This document shows, piece by piece, positions 43,431 to 58,089 of a stretch of 64,000 nucleotides of DNA. The stretch spans positions 162,564,001 through 162,628,000 of the forward strand of contig OX597814.1 of assembly GCA_951406725.2 (NCBI GenBank), written 5' to 3'. The translations under genes were made by a program, and so were the position numbers. The notes under the pieces are model-generated. The model did no database searches. It was not told where the DNA came from and was given only the letters and a program-made list of their open reading frames with translations. Position 1 is the stretch's first letter; each line of letters starts with the position of its first letter. The stretch is from Octopus vulgaris (Eukaryota).

Positions 43431-43541
43431 ATAAAACAATTTCACGAAAAGTTCATATATTTTTCCGAGTGTGTATTATTAAATTTGAAAATGAATTACA
43501 CTAGAATATACCATAAAACTGCAAGAACGGAATTCTTAAGA

Positions 43542-43573
<32 letters not shown>

Positions 43574-43609
43574 CATTTTCAGTAGGTATGCAGAGCTCTA
43601 GCACATCCG

Positions 43610-43645
<36 letters not shown>

Positions 43646-43698
43646 CTACGTACATGTACAGACATATGTGTGTGTGTGTGTGTATGTATGTATGTGTG

Positions 43699-43749
<51 letters not shown>

Positions 43750-44086
43750 GCATCGTGAGTGCGCTTGGGTATATAAAAATGAATGCATCTACAAACCTTT
43801 ACACAGATGTATGCATGATACTACCGTTTTGCTTCAGGGCAGTCCTGATCGAGCAGGGGGGCGTTCTACTTGTAATTATCACATCATTCTATATTCAAAA
43901 TATTCAAACGTACAATATGTTCGAAAACATTCACTGTAAGCTAGTTTTCAAGACGGCAGGTCATATTTAAAGTGGGTTTAACCACTATTTCTAATCACCT
44001 CAGTGACTGTATACATGATCTCTTGTGAGATCGATATAGTTATGTATGGATACACACACATGTATGTACGTACATCTGCGTATGTA

Positions 44087-44132
<46 letters not shown>

Positions 44133-44474
44133 TTTGTGTATATAAACGCATACATACGTTCTTATGTATGTATTTTCTTCTTCAAGTTGCTTATTCAAGG
44201 CGGATTGTTATTCATCAAAAAACTTATGGGTCGTTGATAGCTGACGGCATCCATGTCCTGAGATTACCTCTACTCTCAAGACCGAGAGGGGAGGTGATCT
44301 TTGTTAAAAACATTCAGGTGCCCCAAACGCAGAAATACACAGGGACCGACTTGACCACACACACACACACACACACATAAATACAATATATATACATACA
44401 ATATATATACATATATATATAAATACAGTATATATACATACAGACATACACACCATATATATATATATGTATGA

Positions 44475-44516
<42 letters not shown>

Positions 44517-44584
44517 TCATACATATATATATACTCATATATATATATATATAAATATATATACAATATATATACCCATGATAC

Positions 44585-45140
44585 CTCTTTCCAAGTGCAC
44601 AAAATGCAGACGACTGGCTGGATGGATCATGAGAACGTTCAGAACCAGAGAAAAAGAAATCACGATGGTCCTCTGGAGGACATTCGTCCTCAGCTACCTG
44701 GATTACTGCTCCCAGCTGTGGTCACCCTACAGTGTAAAATTAACAGTGGCCCTTGAAGCAATCCAGCGAATCTTCACAAAGAAGATCGTCTCATTGCAAC
44801 AGCTCAGCAACTGGGAAAGGCTGAAACAGCTAAGACTCTACTCCTTGGAGTGAAGGCGGGAGAGGTATGCAGTAATATACATCTGGAAGATCCTGGAAGG
44901 AATTGTGCCAACTTTTGGCATTGAAAGCTACACCAATGCCAGAATGGGCCGACACTGCACAGTGCCAAAGATGCCAGCAATGCCATCGCGCTTCAAGCAG
45001 TTACTGTAACAACATGGGTTTTAGAGGCCCACAGCTTTTTTAATATTCTGAGGAAATGCACAAAGTAGATGTAGATAAACCTACTTCCCGGCAAGTAGTG
45101 CAAATGAGAGTAGCGACATCAAACTCCATTCTTCATCAAG
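44585..45140 (+). pseudogene. CR1-group LINE ORF2 3' fragment
   Basis: [51 protein letters not shown]. Confidence 0.85.
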
Positions 45141-45149
45141 TGTCACATA

Positions 45150-45860
<711 letters not shown>

Positions 45861-46538
45861 GTATATACAAACACACACACACAAAGCCGCTATGCATGTG
45901 GTTTCTATAGTAAAACACATAGATAGGTAAGTAGTTAGATGACTAGAAGTGTGTGTGTGTCTGTATGTATGTATGTATACATCATATATATATATGTATA
46001 TATACACAGAATAGAAGTATATTATACATAAGCTATTGATATGTGTAAACTATTGATAGCAGTAAGTTGATGAAGAGGTTGTTATATGACGTGGAATCAT
46101 TTTCATATTTCTCTTTCACTCTCTGAGTGTGTGCGTGCGCGTGGGTGGGCGTGTGCGTGTGTGTGTGTGCGTGTATGCACAGGAGTGCACAGATAAAATT
46201 CTTCACTACCGTAGTTGGTAGCTGTTTCAGGCATTGTACATATACGCATATGTAAATACACACCTCCAGAAATATGCACACACATACGTTTAGAAACATA
46301 ATCACACACATACTTACATACATAAACAAATATATATATATATATATATACAATTCAAACATATAAGGACATCCGACTCACTAGAAAGAGCAGTTAAACT
46401 CCAAACCACTAATAGTTGTAATTCTGAAATGGAAAGTGAAATAAAAACGTTTATATAGTCTATTGACTATTTCTTCTTTCTCACTTGACCTCTGGTAGCG
46501 GAGAATTTTTCTAGAGTTTTTTGCTACCCTAAAATTTA

Positions 46539-46586
<48 letters not shown>

Positions 46587-46602
46587 ATGTATGTGTATAT
46601 GT

Positions 46603-46642
46603 AAGAAATTTGAAAAGCTGAACGCGAAACCGGTCGTTTCTT
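46603..46642 (+). ncRNA. Minimal type I hammerhead motif, U3/A8 variant
   Basis: aagaaat-TTGAAAA-gc(tgaac)gc-GAAA-ccgg-TC-gtttctt: 7-bp stem I, palindromic accggt stem III. Confidence 0.7.
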
Positions 46643-46763
46643 CAAAAACTATGTCATTGTATGAAAAAAATGTATAACATTCTTTAGACATAATGACTCA
46701 AATATATATTTTTTAACCTTTTAAAACAAGCCTTCTGTAGTTTTTTCACTTTTTACTATTTTC

Positions 46764-46798
<35 letters not shown>

Positions 46799-46855
46799 AT
46801 ATGTATGTATATATATGTGTATATATATATGCGTGTATATATATATATATATGTG

Positions 46856-47469
<614 letters not shown>

Positions 47470-48020
47470 GATTTATTTGTATACATTTGCAGACATAGAC
47501 ATACATATCCATACAGACACAGACACACACATCATATTCATTGTTATACTCATTGAATTATCGCCAAAGACAAGATGTTTAGATTTACTGTCATATTTCA
47601 GTAATATCTGTCAGTAATCTGGTTCCTATTCTCAGTCACAAATTGTCTCTTACAATGTCAAATGTCACTTTTTATTTATTAATTCTTCACCTGCTTTTTT
47701 TTTTCCTTCCTAAATATATGCAGTCAGGATATAAAGCGTAGGGTTTAAAATATATTCTATTCTTCTTGTCAGGGCATTAATATATTACAAGTCTACAACA
47801 TGAACATATTACAAGATGTGTCCACCGTATCAAGCGACAATACATATATTACGTGACAATCCTCCCACTCACTCACACGTTTGTTGCGAATCAGTTGGTG
47901 ATTTGTTCCTTACTATTCCATGAACATTCAATCAAGCAATATACATACATATGTGTGTGTGTGTGTGTATCTATATATGAATATATATATGTGTATGTGT
48001 GTCTGTGTCTACATCTATCC

Positions 48021-48073
<53 letters not shown>

Positions 48074-48273
48074 GTGTACATACATCTCTCTCGCGCTCTC
48101 CCTCTCATATATATATATATATTTCGTTTTTGGATTTGGTTTGCAAGATTCTTTATGTGAGTTCGTGTGTTGAAGCATATTCTGTTGTGTCTGGGAAGAG
48201 TCATTTTCTTTTTGTGCTTTATAATTTAACAGACTCACCGGTAAAATTTCCACTTATTTCTTATTTTTATTTT

Positions 48274-48312
48274 CCTAAAATTTTCGTTGCGTCTTGCAAC
48301 CTTTTCAATAGA
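48274..48312 (-). ncRNA. Hammerhead motif in the 3' terminal region of a Penelope-like element
   Basis: Minus strand reads tcta-TTGAAAA-g-gttgc(aagac)gcaac-GAAA-at-TT-tagg. Confidence 0.6.
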
Positions 48313-48992
48313 CTTGACTCTGTCCGTTACTTACACTGCGTTCCTTTTTGTTTGTTTGTGCGCATGTGTGTGGATCAATGTGTGTGTATGTGTGCCTATG
48401 GATGCATGCATGTACGTATGTATGTATGTGTGTATGTATGTATGCATGTGTATATATGTATATATGTATGTATGCATGTGTGTGTATGTATACATGTGTG
48501 GGTATGCATATGTATATGTGTATATATGTGTGTGCATCTGTATGTATATATTCTGTATATTCATGTGCTTGCATGTCCGAGTTTGTGTATTTTTTATGTA
48601 TGTATGTGTGTGAGCGTGTGTTTATATATGTATGCACCTCTGTCTCCTTGTGTGTGCATGTCTGTGTGTGGTTTGCAACTATGTACCATGTTTGTACGTA
48701 TGGATGTACATCTCTATATGTGTGGACAGGTGTCACCATATGTGTTCTTGTGTGGAGTAAAGTGTGTCTGTAAATATGGTCATGTGTTTCAGTCTCCATT
48801 TGCGTATGTGTGCTTGTCTGTTCATATAACCTATGTACCTATCTGTCTGTTGATCTGTTTATTTTCATATCCATATGCTTACATAAATGTGCATACCCCA
48901 CCCCCACATACATACCTCTATCTACATAACAGTCCACTAACTATTCTATTCTACTCTATCTGTGTAAACTGGGTATGGAGGTATGATATCTA

Positions 48993-49748
48993 CTATGTAT
49001 ATTTCCTATTTAGTATTGGGGAGGTTTCATTTATAAGGATGTACTGCCGTATTTGTCTGAGTGTTGGGTCTTTTGGGTGCTTGGATAAGATGCGGATGTC
49101 AAGTTGGCCCAAGTTGCTTTCATGGTGGTCTTTGGCATGTTGATAGAGTATGGAGGACTGTTTTTTGTCGTTATATTGTCTAAGATGTTCATTTAGTTGT
49201 TCCGCAATGCTCCTAGATGTGTCCCCTATGTATGTCATGTTCATGTCTTTACAAGCACCTTCTGTGCACCTTATGCTGTAAACTACATTTCGAGTGCTAC
49301 AATTAATGCCAGGGCTAATCCTACATACCATGCAGTTATCATTGGTGCATATGGTATTCTCAAAGGGGTACGTTCTACATAGTTGTGATCTGACGGAGTT
49401 CCCTGGCTTGTCAACAATCTTAATGTTAAGTTTGGTCTCCTTTAGAAGTTTTCTAAATCTACGGGCTAGTTCCCCATGGGCTGTGGCCTCTACAAACATC
49501 ACTCCTTGATATTTGTCGGTTTTATACCACGTGTTCGCCCTGTTTGCTTTGTCACAAGTTCTTTGTATCCTATTCCATTCTTTGTTTCTATATCTAGGGC
49601 AGGTACCACTGATATCATTATGTATAATGTTGTCTAATTTCTTTCTAGCCCCAACCCCTACCCCTGTATACTCGAACCCTATCTTTCTGATCATATCCAG
49701 AGAACTGCATGTGGTGCATGAAGTTCTGTATATGGTTTTTCGTTTCAA
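48993..49748 (-). pseudogene. Penelope-like C-terminal fragment: RT thumb/linker, Cys-rich linker and GIY-YIG endonuclease
   Basis: VMFVEAT..GELA, C..C..C..C linker, NVVYSIRC..TYIGDTSRS..LNEH, LYQHAKDHH. Confidence 0.85.
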
Positions 49749-49814
49749 AGGGTGAGTGCGTTAGATTATAAAGCAAAGAAGAAAATGACTCTCCCCAGAC
49801 ACAACAGAATATTG

Positions 49815-50130
49815 GCACTCCGTCGGCTACGACGACGTGTGTTCCAGCTGATTGGATCAACCGAACAATCTGCTCGTGAAATTAACGTGCAAGTGGCTAA
49901 GCATTCCACAGACGTGTCCACCACTTAACGTAGTTCTGAAGGAGATTCAGCATGACACAGAATGTGACAAAGCTGGTACTTTGAAATAAAGGTACTACTC
50001 ATTTTTGCCAGTTGAGTGGACTGGAGCAACGCGAAATAAAGTATCTTGTGAAGGTCACAAAGCGAGCCGGGAATCGAACTCACGACCTTACGCGCGTGAA
50101 CCGATTACCCTAACCACTAAACCATGCGTA
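49815..50130 (-). mobile_element. SINE family C
   Basis: Homologous to 5013-5330. Confidence 0.8.
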
Positions 50131-50557
50131 TATTCACATATAGGGACATAAGTTGTAGGTGCACAAGAGGTGTTGTGATATCACCTTTGGGCGACATTGA
50201 GATGATGCATAGGTATACCTGGCTGAAGTACATGGCATAATGGTTAAGAAGTTTACTTCGCAATCACAATATTTCGGGTTCGATCCTACTGCGTAACATC
50301 AAGTATCTTTTCGCATGCTCTCGAGTTGAACCAAGCCTTTCCCTTTGCCTTCTTCAGGCAGGTGGAATTTGAACTCGGAATGTAGAGAGACGGAAGATAT
50401 ATCCTAAAGCATTTCTGCCGATGCAGCAACGATTTTGCTACTTTTTCAGTTGCAGAGCAACGTGAAATGAGGTGTTTTTCTCAAGAATACAACGCGTCAC
50501 TCGATCCAGGAATTGAACGCATGATCTAACGACCGTGAGTACAACACCTTGACCACA

Positions 50558-51322
50558 GGTGCAGGACAATTCAGCACTACCGACTTAACACCGCCGACTC
50601 GACGCCAGGACAACTCAACACCGAGACAACTCTTCACCAGGAAAGTTGATTAACAAATAATATATTCGTTTTATAACTTTATTTTTTAAATAACATTATC
50701 AAGTATTTATAAAAGATTAATTTAATACATGACATAAATTTTAAAATTCGAATAAAAGTAACTATATATTTTTAATACAAGGCTAAAATTTAAATGAGAA
50801 ACTTCCTGAAAGTTGTAAGCAATTTCCTTCAAATAGTTTATGGGAGATCTTTCTGAAAGAGGTGAAACAATATGCAGAATTCTATCATCTACCTTCATAT
50901 ACTTCTTCAGTTTAGGGTGAATGGGGATGACCTCCAGTCAGTGGCTCAAAAAATGCACTTCGGTTTCTTTGCACCTTACGTAGCTCCTTTATGGATCTTC
51001 ATATTGTTGGAGTGCTCCATTCCCACGTCTATTCCAGAACGCGCGCGCGCACGCACACATAATTATATGCTCTATAAATTACTTTTATTCGAATTTTAAA
51101 AGTTCTGCTTTTTTTTTTATTCAAAACATGTATTAAGATTAACCTTTTTATAAATTTCCGATAATGTTATAAAACGAATAAATTATTTATTAATCAATTT
51201 TCCTGGTGTTATCTTGGTGTTGAGTCGTCCTGGCGCTGAGTCGGCGGTGTTGAGTCGGCGGTGTTGAGTTGGCGGTGATGAGTTGGCAGTGGTGAGTTGG
51301 CGGTGGTGAATTGTCCTGGGCC
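50558..51322. mobile_element. Non-autonomous Mutator/MULE-like element with ~200-bp TIRs
   Basis: Long inverted arms caggacaattc.. and ..gaattgtcctgg with 14-bp subrepeats ggcggtgttgagty. Internal minus-strand peptide KKYMKVDDRILHIV..INYLKEIAYNF resembles a MULE transposase C-terminus. Confidence 0.7.
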
Positions 51323-52015
51323 TTAGAATGTATCCATTCTACATGTGTACATATCAGGGGTCAATAAAGTTCTTATATTATTGGTCACTTCATGGGATCG
51401 TTGATATCTTTTGTATCATTACCGCTTTTTAAGAAGAAATATTTAAAGAAATTTTTGTGAAATATGTTTTGTGAATACTAGGCATGACATCGATATTTGG
51501 TTGAAAATTAATAAATTCTAACATTAAATTACTAAGCTCTTTCAGATTCAGTTCGTTAATAATTCAGCACCCTTAATGCTCAAAATTATTTCAGGTATTT
51601 TTCGATCCTATGGATAGCCACATAGACCCCTCCGGAAATCAACATTGACCACTTTGCCGGCTCCTGGCTTTGTAGTTAGAGTATTGGGCTTTCATCCTTT
51701 GGGTTGTGGGTTCAATTCCTGAACTGGGCTACACATTTGTCCTTCATATTACGTGACACTACATTTTACGTGGTTTCAATTAGCTCATCTGAAAATGCGT
51801 ACCAGCAACAGCTGGTTGGAGGAATAAATCCTGCGAAGGACTGGCGATCCTATGTACTCCAAGTCGCTTAAACGCCCCAGAAACAGAGATAATCTCCTGT
51901 CGAAAGGATCTCTCGGCTCGAGACAAACTCAAACATTTTAAACTCTGTATAGGCATATGAATGTATTTCGCTGTTGTTCCATCCTGTGTCATATCTGAGC
52001 AGAACTATGAATCTA

Positions 52016-52070
<55 letters not shown>

Positions 52071-52859
52071 ATGAATCGGAAACTTAGTGTGTGTGTATAT
52101 CACCGAATACCAGTTGAAGTAGGTACACAACAACGGATTAGGTTACTATTTTATTTTGAAGATCTGGTGTTTCAAGATGGTTATGTGATCGTCTACCAAA
52201 CAATTACCGCACAACATACAAGTATTCCCGAATGAAAGGCGTGTTAAGATGATGCAATTTATAATATTATAATAAAAAGATTATCTAAATCTGCTTCGTT
52301 CTGCTCTCGGAGATGGATACACACACACATCCACATATACATATACATGTATATGTGTGTGGGTGTGTGTATAAATGTACGAATCCATATTAACATATAA
52401 AGACATATATATTCATGAATACGTAATATTTTGTGTGTGTGTATGTGTGTGTGTGTGTGTCTGTGTGTGTAACCCAGTTGTCTCTAGATAAAATATTATT
52501 AGATTCAGTAATAAACTTCGCTGACCCTCCCTGAAATTGGAAACACAAACTTTGGAAAAATGGGTTAATTTGCAATGCCAATCTTTTCTTTATTAGTGCT
52601 ACTATAATGATGACACTTCCATTATCGTTGCAAATATTATAACTGTTATGATATATTACTAATACTATGACTAGTATGTGGGTGATATCACTATATTAGT
52701 TATATATCTAACACGATAGAGTCGACTCTGGTTTTACACCTCAACTTATTAAGTATTAAGAGATATCCATTAACGGAAAAACGACATTGTTGATTTGAGA
52801 TACGGGAGATTATTATTGTATGTATGTGTGTGTGTGTGTATTGAATTGTGGGTATATCT

Positions 52860-53250
52860 TGCAGTATTTCTTCCGGTTCTTTACGCTCCGAGTTCAAATC
52901 ATGAAGACGGCAACTTTTGTCCCTCTGAGCTCGATAAAAATTACCAGTGGAGAACGGGGGTCGATACAATTAATTTACCTGCTCTCTTAAAAATAATTGC
53001 TAGCCTTGTGCCAAAGTTACGCAGGATTATGATTATCTTAAAAAGCGGCAAGTTGGCAAAAGCGTCAGCGTGCCGGATAAAAAGCTTAGCATTTTCTCTG
53101 GCTCTATGTTCTGAGTTCGAATGATTGCGGAGGTCTACTTTGATCCCATCCTTTCGGTTATAAGTACCAGTCGAATACTGAAATCAAGGTAAGCGATTAT
53201 TTCCCTTTCCTCAAAATTTCTGGCCTTGTGCTAAAATTAGAAAGAAATTA
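52860..53250 (+). mobile_element. Two degenerate SINE family B copies
   Basis: Family B motifs gagttcaaat and taagtaccagt. Confidence 0.6.
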
Positions 53251-53895
53251 CTGTTATTGTTGTTGATGTTGTATGTCGCTGATTGTTCGAGCGAACCAAC
53301 TTCTTTCTCAAGGCTCCTGCGAAAATGTAGTTTTTAAGCGGAGTATCTAATTGAAAAATGCTTTGTTCTAGTTTTATGAATAGAAAGGTCTGGGATTGTC
53401 TGAGGGACCCATCTCTTCACCAGCGGTAGAAAGGTCCAGTCCTCCAAAATTTTAACTGTTTATTTCTGTCGTTGGTTTTATATTGCAAGATGGTCGCCTT
53501 GGACGTAAGATGAGGTGTTTGTTATAGCCTCAATAACGCTATCAAGACTCACTCTCCAATTATTTCAAACACGAAACAAAATCTAAAAATAGTATGAAAA
53601 AAATAATATGACAGAGACACAACTTACGGTTAAATAATCGAAATAATAAAATATGGTGTTTGAAATATTAATTTAAATGTGAAAATAAAAAGCATGAACA
53701 GTACAAACATCAATGTTGAACATCGCCAACAGCAACATTTCAATTTCTGCAAGTGTTGTAGATGTAAAAAAGCTCTTCGATATGAGCCATGTCAAAGAAA
53801 AGGAGAAGGTATGAACAAAGGAATGTGGAGGGAGACAGTAATTTCTTGTTTGAAACATTCAAATACACCCCAGAAAAATACTAAAGATATTTACA

Positions 53896-54040
53896 TGTGG
53901 TAAGAAGCTTGCTTCCCAGTCACATAGTTCCGGGTTCAGTCCTACTGCGTGGCGTCTTCGGCAAGTGTCGTCTATTACAGATTCGGGCTTACCAAAGACT
54001 TCTGAGTTGATTTGGTAGACGGAAACTGAAAGAAGCTTTT

Positions 54041-54085
<45 letters not shown>

Positions 54086-54310
54086 CTGTCTGTGTTTGGT
54101 CCCCACCACCGCTTGACAACCGTCCTTGGAATGTTAATGTCCCCGTAACTTAGCTGTGCGGCAAAAAGTGACAGATAAAATAAGTACCAGGCTTAATAAA
54201 ATATAAGTACTGGGATCGATTTATTTGACGAAAATTTCTTCAAGGGGTTGTCTCAGCATGGCTGCAGTCAATTGATTGAAACAGGCAGAGGATAAAAGGT
54301 AAAAGAAGAT
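53896..54310 (+). mobile_element. SINE family A
   Basis: Homologous to 18799-19240. Confidence 0.8.
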
Positions 54311-54567
54311 ATTGTTTTTCAAACAATGAAAGTGGTTTCCACATCCTCTCGAAAGGAAAGCAGTGAGAAGCTCTGGTTAGTGTGTGGTAGGACGTGAGGT
54401 CCCACGACAGAAGCAACGGGAAATTGAATAGTGTTTGAAACCTAGGACAAGTTTACGAAGCATGCACCACACGGGCCTTACAGGCCAGTGCGACAATTAG
54501 GGCAGGTACCAAAACATTTGACATTTTATTTATGCCACATAATAATAATAATAATAATAATGATAAA

Positions 54568-55105
54568 GGCGGCGAGCTAGCAGAATTGTTAGCACGCTAG
54601 GCAAAATGCTTAGCGGTATTTCGTCTGCCGTTACGTTCTGAGTTCAAATTCCACCTTTCATCCTTTCGAGGTCGATAAATTAAGTACCAGTTACACACTG
54701 GGGGTCGATATAATCGACTTAATCCGTCTGTCTGTCCTTGTTTGTCTCCTCTGTGTTTAGCCACTCGTGGGTAGTAAAGAAATAGGTATTTCGTCTACCA
54801 CTACGTTCTGTGTTCAAAATCCACCGAGGATGACTTTGCCTTCCATCCTTTCGGGGTCGATGTTATCGAATTACGCCTTCACAACAAATTTCAGGCCTTG
54901 TGCCTATAATAGAAAGGATTATTATTATTCTTCTTATTATTAAGGCGGCGATCTGGTAGAATCGTTAACACGCTGGACGAAATGCTTAGCCGTATTTCGT
55001 CCGTCGCTACGTTCTGAGTTCAAATTCCGCCGAATTCGACTTTACCTTTCATCCTTTCGGGGTCGATAGAATAAGTACCAGTTGAACACTGGGGTCGATG
55101 TAATA
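54568..55105 (+). mobile_element. SINE family B cluster (composite plus a further copy)
   Basis: ggcggcgagc-type heads at 54568 and ~54943, restart at 54785. Confidence 0.8.
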
Positions 55106-55515
55106 GAGAAAAGAGGAAGATATGAAAGGGAGGGAGAGAGATGGAAAAAGAGCAAGATATGGAAGAGAGAAGGCTAGAGGTAGATGCAAAGACAGACAAA
55201 TAGAGAGAGGAGCGGGGTCAATAACTAAAAAATCACTTCAGGTAGAGCAATAGACCGGTGACATATTTAGAGCTTTGACGGTGTATTATGGCCTGTCTGT
55301 TCCAAAGTGCTTGCGTTCTGACTACGATGTCGTAAGCGACTTGAGTTTCATTGCTTTCCTTTTTGAGAAAATTCTTGGCGAAGAGGTTGAGATTTGCACG
55401 TGCACCTACAAGTCACATATATGAAGGCTACCCAGGCTTTTGAGATGAGATCAGTCGAAGTGCTAGAAATAACGCACTACTCAGCATATAAAAAGTCTTT
55501 CTCTCCCTCTCTCTG

Positions 55516-55555
<40 letters not shown>

Positions 55556-55607
55556 GAAATGTGTCCTTTGCAAGCAAGATGTACTGGACGTCAATTCAGT
55601 GCACAAG

Positions 55608-55736
<129 letters not shown>

Positions 55737-55944
55737 CATATATATGTATATATATACATATATATGCATATATATGTATATATATGTATATATATATATG
55801 CATATATATATACATATATATGCATATATATACACATATATGCATATATATACACATATATATGCATATATATACATACATATATATATATATGCGTAGA
55901 TATATACATATATATGCATATATATATGCCTTCTTATTCGTCGC

Positions 55945-56400
55945 CCTTTTCAAGCGTAGCCAGGCTCATGGGCCCGATTTCCCGGTTTCTGTGGCGTATG
56001 TGTTCCCCCCAGCTAGACGGGACGCCAGTGCATCAGAGGGTTACTCAAGAAAGAGGAGAGAGTGAGAGAAATTTGTGGCGAAAGAGTACAACAGGGGTCG
56101 CTACCACCCCCTGCCAGAATCTCGTGGAGCCTTTAGTTGTTTTCGCTCAATAAACACACACAACGCCCGATCTGGGAATCGAAACCGCGATCCTCCGACT
56201 GCGAGTCCGCTGCCCAAAACACTGGGTCATTGCGCCTCCACTAATAAATAAATGCACCCGTTTAAAGCCTAGCCAGGCTCATGGGCCCGGTTTCCCGGTT
56301 TCAATGCCGTATGTGTTCTCCAGCTAGAACGTCGCCGGTGCAGGAATCGAAACCTCAATCTTACGAACATGATACTGACACCCTAAACACTAAGCCTCCA
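55945..56400 (-). mobile_element. Two adjacent tRNA-derived SINEs sharing a tail
   Basis: agccaggctcatgggccc repeated. Minus-strand heads with ggtttcgattcc B box. Confidence 0.65.
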
Positions 56401-56419
56401 CACTTACACATATATTATT

Positions 56420-56459
<40 letters not shown>

Positions 56460-57223
56460 TATATATATGTATATATATATATGCATATATATATATGCAT
56501 ATATATATATATGCATATATATGCATATATGCATATATATATATATATATATATATATGCATATATATATATATATGCATATATATATATATGTATATAT
56601 ATATGTATATATGCATATATATATATGCATATATATATATATACATATATGTATATATGCATATATATATATGCATATATATATATATACATATATGTAT
56701 ATATGCATATATATATATGCATATATATATATGTATATATATATATATGTATATGTATATATGCATATATATATATATACATATATGTATATATGCATAT
56801 ATATATATACATATATGTATATATGCATATATATATATGCATATATGCATATATATATATGCATATATGCATATATATATATGCATATATATATATATAC
56901 ATATATGTATATATGCATATATATATGTATATATGCATACATGCATATATATATGTATATATGCATACATGCATATATATATATATGTATATATATATAT
57001 GTATATATATATGTATATATGCATATATATATATATGTATGTATATATGCATATATGCATATATATATATATATGCATATATATATATATGTATATATGC
57101 ATATATGCATATATATATATATATGCATATATGCATATATATATGTATATATGCATATATGCATATATATATATATATGCATATATGCATATATATATAT
57201 ATATATATATGCGTATATATATA

Positions 57224-57303
<80 letters not shown>

Positions 57304-57313
57304 TATATATATA

Positions 57314-57344
<31 letters not shown>

Positions 57345-57369
57345 GCGTATATATATATATTTGCTTATA

Positions 57370-57404
<35 letters not shown>

Positions 57405-57413
57405 TTGCTTATA

Positions 57414-57448
<35 letters not shown>
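56420..57448. repeat. (TA)n/(TATGCA) compound microsatellite abutting the 362-bp array
   Basis: Directly visible. Confidence 0.92.
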
Positions 57449-58089
57449 GCTTGTTCGAAGGTTATATGGATACAGTTTGTGTATCAAATAGCTAACTTAA
57501 GGCGATAGCCTCATGGAGCTAATAAGCGGACAGCTTTTTTCTTATTTTTATAAGAATGCCATATTAGTATGGCGATAACTATTATTTTCCGGGAACGCTG
57601 CCGCTGTTCTCTTTTAGAGAGACTTAGTTATTTTAATATTTCTATTATTGAAAACAAGTGGATGTATTCCACCGAAACTAGGTAAATAAAACCATCGAAC
57701 AGAGATTGTCGGAAGCGACACCTACTGGCTGGCTACGCTGCATTGAAAAGGGGCAATACTCCGAAACGCGTCTGTAGCTGCCGGTCAAGTAGTGTGGAGC
57801 GACTGACCTCCCTTGTTCGAAGGTTATATGGATACAGTTTGTGTATCAAATAGCTAACTTAAGGCGATAGCCTCATGGAGCTAATAAGCGGACAGCTTTT
57901 TTCTTATTTTTATAAGAATGCCATATTAGTATGGCGATAACTATTATTTTCCGGGAACGCTGCCGCTGTTCTCTTTTAGAGAGACTTAGTTATTTTAATA
58001 TTTCTATTATTGAAAACAAGTGGATGTATTCCACCGAAACTAGGTAAATAAAACCATCGAACAGAGATTGTCGGAAGCGACACCTACTG
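57449..58089 (+). repeat. 362-bp tandem repeat (retrozyme-like), upstream part, ~1.8 units
   Basis: ttgttcgaagg at 57451 and 57813, ggaagcgaca at 57711 and 58073: period 362, copies essentially identical. Starts directly after a TA-rich microsatellite. Confidence 0.95.
57737..57778 (+). ncRNA. Minimal type I hammerhead ribozyme, U3/A8 variant
   Basis: Stem I gctgca/tgtagc, core TTGAAAA, stem II gggg-caata-ctcc, GAAA, palindromic stem III acgcgt, predicted cleavage after GTC at 57772. Confidence 0.85.

Larger units (their letters stand above)
48120..49812 (-). mobile_element. 5'-truncated Penelope-like element (Neptune-like) with inverted terminal piece
   Basis: GIY-YIG ORF, 3' region with hammerhead motif, and 48177-48240 repeated in inverted orientation at 49751-49812. 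Confidence 0.75.

Noticed and set aside
51228-51310. Short direct repeats as a CRISPR-like array
   Set aside because: No spacers, eukaryotic context, and part of a transposon TIR.
57449-58089. 362-bp unit as an snRNA, tRNA, 5S or SL gene array (usual Tx1 targets)
   Set aside because: No recognisable U-snRNA, 5S or tRNA sequence. Only a weak B-box-like gttcgaa and a T6 run. The hammerhead fold explains the structure better.
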